Part shown: one piece after another, positions 24,439 to 35,297 of the stretch
How positions within the stretch are numbered: the first letter of the stretch is position 1
Layout: each line of letters begins with the position of its first letter
The notes under the pieces: generated by a model
Database searches by the model: none
What the model saw: only the letters and a program-made list of their open reading frames with translations
What the model was told of the DNA's origin: nothing
NCBI GenBank assembly: GCA_040954595.2
Contig: CM082582.2
Span: 6,698,063 to 6,762,062, forward strand
DNA: 64,000 bases
Source of the DNA: Balanoglossus misakiensis
Taxonomy: Eukaryota > Animalia > Hemichordata
Direction: 5' to 3'
Program-made: the position numbers and the translations under genes

Positions 24439-25047
24439 TCAAAAACGCCTGTCGAAGATTCTCACGTCGGACGCCTCGTCTATGCGGATGCCGATCTGAC
24501 CGTCCAGGAAAAGGTGAATAACCGGATCAAGTATGGCGATGACTTTGCCCGCCCGTAGCTGGAACCAGTGGAAGAACGGTAGCGGAATGTCAAAGTCGAG
24601 GTAGAACATCACCGGTGTTCGGTTGCCGTCCTTGTCCTCGATGACAATCTTGTGCCGCAGAAAGGCGGGCAAGGCATCGGTGACAATTCTGGCCACAAGT
24701 ATCTGTCGGTGAATCGACGGGGCGTATTCCGGGTGCACGTATTCCAAGTTGTCGACCATGATCACGCTGGCCACACCGAACTTCGCCGATATATCTTCCC
24801 AGGGTATCCCCCACGGCCCGTTGCGGTCGGTGTGGGGTGACGTCGATCTGCTGCACTGTGGTTTGTGTCGCTTCCAGTCTTTCTTCTGGCACGTTTTGGA
24901 GCAATATTGCGCCTTCTTGCAGCGGGAACAACGCTTGACGTGGGGGCCTTCGTCGTCGCACACCAAGCAGACAAATTTGTCTACGGGTGCAGCACCACCG
25001 CCATATGCGCCACGTAAGCCAGTCAGAAGGTCGATGAAGCTGGCCAT
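24439..25047 (-). CDS. Intronless MYND zinc-finger protein with uncharacterised C-terminal beta-rich domain (paralog A), 202 aa
   Basis: MYND finger CLVC...CSRCKKAQYCSKTCQKKDWKRHKPQC; GC-rich coding-like composition; C-terminal domain aligns with the neighbouring paralog. Confidence 0.85.
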   Translation of the reverse strand: MASFIDLLTGLRGAYGGGAAPVDKFVCLVCDDEGPHVKRCSRCKKAQYCSKTCQKKDWKRHKPQCSRSTSPHTDRNGPWGIPWEDISAKFGVASVIMVDNLEYVHPEYAPSIHRQILVARIVTDALPAFLRHKIVIEDKDGNRTPVMFYLDFDIPLPFFHWFQLRAGKVIAILDPVIHLFLDGQIGIRIDEASDVRIFDRRF

Positions 25048-26144
25048 ATTATTCTATAAACTCGAATTTTAAGTATGAGGTCCTAGACATACATGACAAA
25101 CCCACCGACGTTCCAGATTCCAATGTACGCATCAAGGTATCCAGATATTTACAAAACACAAATGTCATTCGCAGAAAATGGCTGACGCGTGGTTTCGCAA
25201 TAGGCCTATGGTGTGAATTTTCCAAGAATGTCAAACCGAAAATCAAAGTTCGGACTACCAAGAATAGCGTTGTACTTCAGACATAGAGATGAAATTGATA
25301 AAGCATGTAAATTTCTTTGCATAAATACAAATCAGATGACCACTGTGACATTTCGACGCGCTAAAAAGCACTGGCCAAGGAAATAAACCGCCCTCTAGCG
25401 GTTATATTCCTCGCTGCAAGTCAGTTTCGTGGAAATGGATCGTTCTTCTGGAGAATTATTTCGTGACATACTAGTTTCCTCGTAAACCACGTTAAAATCG
25501 CACGAATGCCCTCATGTTTTCCCGAATGTTTTTTTGGCGATCTGGGCAGTCATGCGACACACTCTGATGATAGTGCTATCCTAAATATCAAATAAAATAA
25601 ATAGTTCAGAAACCAGCCAAAAGTTACGTGTTCCGTAATAAATGGGTAACTTTAAAAGTAATCAGAGACTGGACGCTTATTTGACTTATCCAATGAAATT
25701 TAATGTTTCATAGGGCAAAATCACAAAGAGATGTTATAGCAAAATCGTTAGTATGAAATGCTGATCAATTACAGTAAGAGATGAGATCATATCACTGTTG
25801 GTGATGTACGTATAGCTTTTAGTTCATGTTTTAATAAGTACTAGCATATCTTCACGAGAGTCTGTCTTTTGATACATGTAATTACACTGAATCAAACAGG
25901 TGGACACGTCAGAAAATGTGAAGATACAGGTTACAATGTGGAGAAAAGGAAAACTCATTGGAAGTACATGTATGTCTCTTGTTGTATATGATGTCCAGAG
26001 TCCTTGTGGTCTATCGCATTACTACTCCCTCTAGTGTTGGCATGTGCGATACTTGAAAGTTGGCAAAGCTAAGCCAAGTTCAGCTTCAGTTTCTATATAA
26101 TACCCGCGACTCTAATTAAACAGTTGAGAAGAAAACAGTATGAT

Positions 26145-26699
26145 CTATTTGATGATGTGTATGTCACAGGCGTCGTCTATTCGAATACCAACTTGACCGT
26201 CCAAGAAGTGATGCATGAACGGGTCGTGGATGCAGATCACGTTGCCCTTCTTCAGATCACACCACTCGAAGTGCGGTCTTGGGTTGTCGTGGTCGAGGTA
26301 GAAGAACAGCTTGGTTTTCTCGCCCACGAAATCTTCTATGACGGTGAAATGGCGCAGAAAGTGCACCGGGTCGCTGGCGATCTTGGCGACGAGGACTTGG
26401 CGATCTAAGGGAGGTTCGTACTCGAATCCGACGTCTTTCAAATCCACCGGCGCGTAGTCGACCGACTGGCGGCGGATGTAACGGAGCGCTCGGGAGAGCA
26501 GTTGCTTGTCGCGGCCGCTGGTGCACTGCGGTTTGTGGCGTTTCCAGTCGTCCTTTTGGCACACCTTGGAGCAGTAGTTGACATCGCCGCAGCGTGCGCA
26601 GGTCTTCACGTGGCTCCCTTCGGTCTTGCACGTAAAGCACACCTTTACGCCGTCGTGGCCGTTTTCTGACGGATTTGCCGTGCTTCTCCACGTGGCCAT
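26145..26699 (-). CDS. Intronless MYND zinc-finger protein with uncharacterised C-terminal beta-rich domain (paralog B), 184 aa
   Basis: MYND finger CFTC...CARCGDVNYCSKVCQKDDWKRHKPQC. Shares RQxLVAxI, FLRH, IED, FYLD and HxFLDGQxGIRID with paralog A. CCAAT box on the minus strand at about 26773-26777. Confidence 0.85.
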   Translation of the reverse strand: MATWRSTANPSENGHDGVKVCFTCKTEGSHVKTCARCGDVNYCSKVCQKDDWKRHKPQCTSGRDKQLLSRALRYIRRQSVDYAPVDLKDVGFEYEPPLDRQVLVAKIASDPVHFLRHFTVIEDFVGEKTKLFFYLDHDNPRPHFEWCDLKKGNVICIHDPFMHHFLDGQVGIRIDDACDIHIIK

Positions 26700-26943
26700 G
26701 TTTCTCGCAGACTGATTCTCTGTTCACGCGTGAACTTGGCGAGACAACTCTGATGCGCGCTGCGTAAATTTGATTGGCTGATCCACTTATACGTAAAGAT
26801 TAATATGCAAATATTGTAAATGACAATTCAATTCGAATACTTTATTGCAGGCGTCGAAGGTTTTTTTCATGCCCATCAACAAAGTTAAAAATAAAGGATA
26901 AAATTGTACAATAAAAAGCGGTTGAGATAAAATTACACGGAAA

Positions 26944-27737
26944 TTTCCAACGTCGGGGGCGACATTTACATACCTCAATCTTTGCTTACCAGGTGCGAAT
27001 CTGTCTGACAATGTATAACGCACGTTTTCAATATTAAATTAGGTCAACGCCCGGGTCGACGTAAATTAGAGCGTCTACGTTGCACACCAGTTCCAAGAGT
27101 GCTTGATATGTTTGATGTTTTCCTAGTGAAGAAAATAATTCTCACGAGATAAAATGACTGAACAAATTTCCTCGATGTTTTTCATTTAATAGCGTTGATC
27201 AGAATTTCTGCATCTCAGCTAATATATAAATTGCTGTGCGGACAAACTGTTCGGATAGCATACACTACTTGCAATCGAAGTCACTCACGGTCCCTGTCTG
27301 GCTAATTAATTATTAATTTCGACCCGACAATTCTGATTGGTCAGTTACTGTCCGCACAACCGAAACAGGCAGACCACAGCACGGGTGATTGGCCGATTAG
27401 GCTCAACACTCTTGCAACAGATGTACAACATAGACGCTCCAATTTACGTTGACCCGGGCGTTGGCCTAATTCAAAAGGCTTCTTCACAAAATTTAAATAT
27501 GTATTGAAAACGTGGTACATTGCCAGACAGATTCGCACCTGGTAAAGCAAAGAGATTGAGGTCTGTTCGGGCATTGTAAATGTCGCCACCAAGCGTTGGA
27601 CAATTCGTGACGTCACGCAACTTTTTGCACGTGGTACATTGCCAGACAGATTCGCACCTGGTAAAGCAAAATGATTGAATTGTAAATGTCGCCACCCAGC
27701 GTTGGACATTTTCGTGACGTCACGCAACTTTTTGCAC
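26944..27737. mobile_element. Foldback/MITE-like element with long imperfect inverted arms and a tandem duplication in the right arm
   Basis: About 26944-27107 is the imperfect reverse complement of about 27403-27602 (AATTAGGTCAACGCCCGGGTCGACGTAAATT vs AATTTACGTTGACCCGGGCGTTGGCCTAATT; CCAGGTGCGAATCTGTCTG vs CAGACAGATTCGCACCTGG). Segment 27510-27630 is directly repeated at 27629-27737. Confidence 0.7.
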
Positions 27738-27926
27738 TATGGGCTGCATGCAGTCATTTGAAGAAGTTCCTCAATAAATTTACCGTTATGTGTGGACGAT
27801 TTTTTTTTTACTTTACTATATTTAATTTGTTTAATGTTTTTCCTGGTGAATAAAATTACTCAAGACTGCAACACACGAGAGAAAATAACATCACCAATTT
27901 TTTAAATTGCTACAATATACACAAGC

Positions 27927-27932
27927 TTTATT
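27927..27932 (-). terminator. Candidate polyadenylation signal of the dynein gene
   Basis: AATAAA on the minus strand about 1.2 kb below the dynein stop codon at 29169. Confidence 0.4.
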
Positions 27933-29168
27933 TCTATATAAAGGACAGATATGTTACAAATTGAAATAACTAAAAATTCAGGTGCTCTCATTACAATTGA
28001 TAGCATTGATTTTTCAGTAAAAATGAAAAATAACATACATTGTGTAAATAAGTTCATTATTAGTAAAAGCCGTTCAATTTTACCTGTCGAAGTACAACCA
28101 GAATGATGACTATTCTACAAGAGAAGTCTTGATAAAGATTATCTTGTTAGTAGCGAGTGTTCAAGTGATATCAATGTTTTACTTAAGGCTACTGGCAATA
28201 GTGGTACATATATTTGGAATGAATGAAATGAACATTGTATTGATGAAATATACATATAGACGTTAATTTTAAATTAAATATCTTCAGTCCCCAGGGCCAG
28301 GCCGCCACGCACTGCTGATGCATAATTTGAAGTAGAATTCAATTCAGGAGTACATTATCCTGGATTTGACACAACCACTGTCCAACACACCCTGTCAGTT
28401 TCCCTAATTAGTGCAACCACCCTCTTTGAACTTTAACCTCTGACCTATTGCACTTTTGATCAATCACAGCCCACCAGTGACAAGACAACACCCTGAGGAA
28501 CTGCACCATCAGGTTACGATCAGTTATTTACAGTTCAGGCTGGGTGAAAGATGTTTCATTACAAGTCCCCTAATCCAATGAAAATTCCTAAAGAGGAAAA
28601 TGTTTCATAATATAGAAGTTTACATTGTAAAATGTAATGTAAACACTGTTAAAGAAAAAAAATACAATGGTACTGAATTTCTGATTTTCACAGAAAGATC
28701 TAGAAAGAAATAAAATGTACAAAAAGACACCACAAGAAATGGTGTTCGAAAATATTTGGCAAAGCGTTAATTCACACACAAAACTTTTTCTCAGTGTGTT
28801 AGATGGCCCCATCCAACCAGAAATTGCCTGGACTTGCCTTTTCACACAGTGAAAAGAAATGTGTAAAAAAAAAGCAACTGAAAAGCATTGAATCACCCCC
28901 TTCATTATAATTACAGATTATACATTATTCTATATATAGGTGCATGGTAAGTACATGACAGCTAGAAGTATACATATATAAAATAGCATCTTTAAAATTT
29001 CTACTTAATTTTCCTACTTTAAAATGTCTGCAAAATAAGATTCCATGAAAAAATAAGTGCATTTGAATATTTAAATTATCGCATACAGGATTTGGATGGA
29101 ATGGACTTTCATTTCATACAATGTACAACTATTGTACAAAAGAGAATAGTTAATTTGAAAACTAATTC

Positions 29169-32100
29169 TTATTTGACATCACAGAGCAAAGCCACGCCAC
29201 GTAGAATCCAGTGGTCGGGGTTCTGCGTGGTTTTCAGGTCGACGGGGGCGATGTACGTCAGATCCGTCCTCTTGGGCTTCTTGTAAATCGGGCACTGGTA
29301 CATGCGCACGTCCCTGCCGCCCGTGCTGTTGATGGCGTAGATGTGGATGACCGGCAGGCTCTCGAAGAGCACTTTGGGTTTGGGCTCGATGAGGCGGCAG
29401 TTGCGTTTGTCCCAGCCCGCCCCTTCCAGGAAGAGGCCGTACACGTAGACGCCCTCGGCCGGCGGCTGGGCGATGTCGTCCTTCATGGAGCGGGTGACGT
29501 CGTTGGCCAGGATGACGCTGTCCAAGGCCCAGCCCTTGTGGGCTCTGGTCACCTCCTGTGAATGAAAATGCAATGGCAAAATTTAGGAGTGGTCGTTTCA
29601 TTAGAAATAATTTCTTGACAAACTCAATAAGCAATAGGAGTGATACACAATGAATATGGCAAGCATATTTGCCAGCACTCTGCTAGCAAATATTTCTTAA
29701 AATGACAGCATTTTATCAGCCAATCTACAATGATTTTCTCGCATTTTGTTCCAGGCAACTTAAGGTTATTATCTCTTAAAATTAAGAATAACAAATTGGG
29801 GTCAATGTTGAAAATTTAGAATGAGAAAATCCAAATTGGCTCCACTCTGAAATTCAAAATGGCTGCCAATCGCTATGCTAACTCCTGGTAGAAAAACAAT
29901 ATGGTCAGCACATACATAGCAGAGAATTGAAAAACCCACAAGTCTATTTTATACATTAACCCCTCCAAGCGCCAGAGTCGCGCTAAACAGTCAAGATGCA
30001 CTCACCTGTCTCATGGCGGTCAGGAATCCCTGTGGGTTGAAGAACCCGGTCATCCAGAAAGTGTTGGGCCTGCCGTCGAAACACCAGCTGTCAAACTGCG
30101 CATTCCTCTCCAGCAGCTCAGTGAACCAGAAACCAAGGGTGGACGACTCCCAGGAGATTTTCTTCCACTTGGCCGGGATGCGGGCATCGTACATGCAGTC
30201 CAGTGCATCACGCAACGCCTGAGGTACAAAAAAGTTGACGTTCAAGGTATATTCTTCTCGACAATGATGTAGATCATAAGGATAAGTTGTCCACTTGTTA
30301 TCATGTTATTCTGTTGTACTGACTGCTGTAGGTTGATGCACTCTTTGTAGGTTGACTAAATTTGCTGACCGAGTTTTAAAACACACCATGCTACAAGACT
30401 TCTGTCCAAGTTCAACTTTTGCGCTACTACAGCTATCTGTAATAGTTTGTCAAAATATAATTCTACTTCTGCTGCCATTCATTATGTCTCATTTCATCGT
30501 AGTTTTGTTCACTTCAGTAGTACCACAGTGTACCCCACACCTGCACCTATACCCCATATTTCACAGTCCACGCTCTTACCTCATTCATGATGATTGTTCC
30601 GTCGATCGCCAACTTGAGATCGTGCAGCGTGTTCCGCACCAGGGTGATGACGCGCTGCATGCGATCGATCTCCTGTCGCAGGAAGATGTTCATCGGCTGC
30701 AGCGCCCCCATCTTCTGCAAGCGTTCTTTGACCTGCACGGAAAAAAAAAATGGCGACAGAAACCACGTCAGCAAATCACTGCTGGAGTTCGATCTAAACA
30801 TGATGTGCACATAGAAAATTACAACAATACATGGCACCACTCTTTCGTACAACTTACCTCGTACGGTATGTAATCTTTCGGTAGTTTCTCCAACATGTCA
30901 TCGGCCAGCCTCTGCACCACAGCCTCCCTGGTCTCCCCAGCACCTCCAGAGCTGTCTTTGGGTTGGATGTTCAGAATGGTGTCCAGGACGTGCTTGGCGG
31001 TGTTGCTCTGGTATCTGGAGGGCAGAATCATCACAGATTTAGATTTCTTTATACATAGTTAGTCCATGCTAGAGTTTTGTCTGTTTTTTGATGTTGCATG
31101 GATATGAGCAACTTTATATGTAAATAATTACATTGCATGTATATCCATTTTAGAGATCATGTGTACACAAGTGTCCAGGTATGTGTGTTGTAATTTCAAG
31201 GTCACATTGGGTCGTTTTACAATAGGTCGGGTCATTGAAATGGGTCAGTATCAATTTCTATTTGCACATACAACATCATACAACATATCATTTTTTCAGC
31301 TCTGCAGTTACAAAAATCGAAAATGTAGAAAGCCCTACTTACGTGATGTCGGCATTTCCGTGCAAACCGAACGCTTCCGGAGAGTCGGTGGCCGGCAGGT
31401 GGCTGATGTACTCCTGGTACTGGTTGAGGTTGGCGCACTTGGGAATGTTGTAGCCCTTGTAGAAGTTGAAGTTGGCCAAGAACATCTGCTCGCTGAACCA
31501 CACCCGGGCGAAGGTGTTCAGCAGGCGCTTGTCGAAGTCGTCGGTCACACGGCCCCCGTACTGCACCTCTCCAATCATGTAGCGAACTGTGCTCCACGAC
31601 ACGCCCTGCGTGAAACATGAGCAACATGGCAGATCTCATAAGTGATGGTGTTCATCTCTCATATCTTTTTAGCATGACATTGACTGGTTGATTGCCTGAG
31701 ATGTCAGATTTTTATGAGTTTTGAGATGACAAGTGAAATATTTACTTTGTAAAAATTTAATGTAAACCAATCATTCCCTGCAAGAAATTTGTGACAACTT
31801 GAGAAAATACAGCTTGATAGCAATTCACTTTTTGTCGCCAAAATGGAATGCCAGCCCACAAACTGCCATTTCTGACAATTTTAAAAATAAATTTTGTATG
31901 TCATGTCTTGTCATTGCCTGAACATATTGAATCCTGTACTACTGATCATATTAAAATTTACAGAAAAACATTTTGATTCCCATGTTCATGAAAACTTGCT
32001 ACTATTAAATTATTTATGTTTGATTTTTCAAATGTCTTTTATGACACTTCAGTTGGGCTCTGAGACACAAGGAAAAACACCGTCACAGAATCAAATTCCC

Positions 32101-35100
32101 AGAAACCCACCTTCTTGATGTCCATATCGTCCAGGTGATTCTGCACAAACTGTACAGTTGCGTTGAAGTCGGCCGTGTTGAACTCGTACGGGATGTTCCA
32201 GCCGAGGGGGCCGAACTTCCGGCGCTCCTGCACGGTGGTGTGGAGGAAGGCCACGGCGTACAGCATGGGTTTCCACTGCGGCATGTTGGAGACCTCCAGC
32301 TGATCCTGGGTCAGGGAATTGTAGGTTCTCTTCAGGCCCGCCTTGATGCCCTGCGGCGGTTCGTTGGTGTATTTGATTGACATCTGCAAAAAAAATATAA
32401 TTATATAAAAAGTGCATCAATGAATTGTCATGGCAATGGTCAGTCTTAAGCTCATGCTGTGAATGAGAAGTCTGTCCATTATCAGGTCACACAGCTAGTG
32501 ACATTCCAAGCTTAAAACACAAGAACACAAGATTTATTTTATTCTGTTCTTTATTTTCATTGATCTTATTTTAAAATTTGGGGTTTTCATCGTTATCATA
32601 TTCTGTCAAAAGCACAAAAAATTGGCCATTACAGGCATCTTTATATTCATCTTTCCTGTGGCCAATGGGTGTAATTTATACTCAGTTGTTTATCACACAC
32701 AAAGTGACACAAGCTTTCTCATTGGCCATAACCAAAACCATTCTGTACGGCAGTCTTCCCCTGTCAGCAGCAACTCCAAAACCCATGAGAGTCTCTAAAA
32801 CGCTGGCATTGTTGACAAGAGCCGAGAAGGAAACACCCTGTTTGTGTCAATGAGGATATTGATAGCCAACAAGAAAACGCACCTGCAGTAATGTGATTGG
32901 GAATTTCTTGTGTTCTTCCGTAGTGATCCAGGTACGGAATTCATCGTGGATTGTTTCAGTTTCCAGCAACACGTCCATCAGCTCGTCCAGATAATCCATG
33001 GACAAGTGACAGTTCTGCAGCAGCAGCCAGCCTCCCTGTTGGTTGGAAACAGAAATTGATGGGTCTTGTTGCTTTGTTTGAAATATCTGCGGAACTATCA
33101 CTATTCTGTGAATTTTTACACTTTCGTTTTCGGATGAAATTTTGTCACTTTTCTACAGCTACTTAATGTTCATTCTTAAATGCATACACTCCATTTTCTT
33201 GGCCGGACTTTGCTTTGTACATGTGCGTTATATCTGATCTGATCAGCTATTCTCATCCATTGTACAGCACACTTTCTTTTAAATTTGAATTTAAAATTTA
33301 CTTATAACAAAATGAATGTAACCAAATACTAGTATTCACCACCTGAAGAAAAACGTAGCAATCTAATGAATAGATTATGTATGCATGGTCGGTGATGTTT
33401 TTTGTCCGTACTGAGCAGACTGAGATTCAGAGATTTTCTGACCACTCACGTTTGTCATGCACTGCTGCAGCAGTCGCCTGGCGTGCACCTCTTGCCCCTG
33501 TCCCATGGAGATAGCACGGCAGTCCACCTTGTGTCGCTTGGCCAGCGTCTCAATCTGCATGGTGGGGTCGCTGCCCATGGACAGCAGACACACCATGGGG
33601 GTGCGGGGGGCCGACTCCTCCCACATCAACTCCAGGTCCAGGATGACGCTCTCCGCGTACTTCCCACCAATGGAGTCAGCTGTAATGGAGGGATGGGGGT
33701 CGTTGTAAGGTTGAATGCCATTGGTTAGTAGCGAGAGGGTTGTGTGTGTGTGTATTGGCTCATTCGTGTAAGTGCCAAGCAGCCAGATAACAGTAGCATC
33801 ACATTTGAGCATTTTATTTTTTGGGGGGTGGGATGCTACAGAATTGAATCAATTCACACCATGTTTCACTTCATCCTATTTCAAAGAATCTGTCCTTCTC
33901 ATCCCCACAGGTGTTTATACATGTCTATATTAACCACAGAAAATAGCTGGGGCCGGACTACATTGAGGTGATTAAAGGGTGGGGTGGGTGGCATATTTTC
34001 ACATACACAAAGCACTTTTCAATAAAATAAACTATGTACTGATTTTTTCCTCAAACGAGCTATCATCACCAAAAACACCACTTACAGATGTACTTCTTGG
34101 CCTGCGCCAATGTTCTGTCCGGACACCACGACCTGATCAGCAGCAGCCTCCGGAAGATGTCCAGGGAATTGTGGTAGCCGTCCGGAATCGCCTCCTCCTC
34201 CGGCGCCTCCTTGTCGAACCAGTGCTTCCAGGCCTTCTCGTTGCGCGAGATCTGATTCAAGATGTCGCTGAACTGCTTGAGTTTGGACAGCTCCACCAAG
34301 TTCAGCCAGGTCAGGTCCAGGATCCACTTCGCGGCCTTTGGCGGGCAGGCCTTGAGGTCGAGAGATGCGCCACCTGGAGGTCAAGAAGAGAAAAATGCCA
34401 TGTTTGATGAGAATTCAGCTATCGCACACTCTCCACTATTGATATTCAAAATTGACTTTCACCATTTAAATCAAGTTGGACTGTGCTCTCATGTCATTGT
34501 CGGTTTAAACTTAGACTCTCTCACAGCCCACGGTTCGCTACAAGGCCCTTCACTGACGCGCCCTCAACCATTTAGCAAAGGAGAAGCCCCATATGGTGTT
34601 GTGTAGCGAACCTTAGCACACATGCAATCAGACTATAAGCCTGCATGGACGGCGAAAGGGGCTGTGAGAGTGTCTACTTTAACCTGTGATGTCCACATAT
34701 CCAGTCCTCATTTGTCTCAAGCTCTGTCTTTGTGCCTGCCTCTCAGTCTCTGTCAATGTGTATCACTCCATGTCCCTGCGTGTCTGTCTCCAACTCTTTA
34801 CTGCAACCTTACCCATCTATCATACACAAATATACATGTACATGTACTTGACAAGCACAGGCTTACCTTTGATCAGTGTAAGGAACTCGTCGTGCTTGAC
34901 CTTGCCAGTCTGCAGGTCAATCTTCAAGGTCAGGAGCAGCGTGAAGGTCAGCTTGTCCCTCTCATACAGACCACGCACCGCGTACTTGAACACTGTCAAG
35001 GTCATGAAGTCGATGATGTTTACAATGCGCTTACTGGTGATTGGGCTCTTTGTGGAACTGAAAAGGAAAAATTAACAGAAGACATCAGTTATAATTTCTT

Positions 35101-35263
35101 GGCAATGTTCGTCACAGCTTGGGGCATATTGTATAACTGAGCACATTTCCACCAATGAATGAATGAATGAAGGAATGAATGAATGAATGAATACATACAT
35201 ACATACATACATACATACATACATACATACATACATACATACATACATACATACATACATACA

Positions 35264-35297
<34 letters not shown>

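Noticed and set aside
24439-26699. MYND genes as dynein assembly factors (ZMYND10/ZMYND12) because they neighbour the dynein gene
   Set aside because: Their size and domain layout differ from those proteins, and adjacency alone is not evidence of function.
27510-27737. Direct repeats as a CRISPR array
   Set aside because: Only two adjacent units of about 110-120 bp with no spacers, in eukaryotic DNA.
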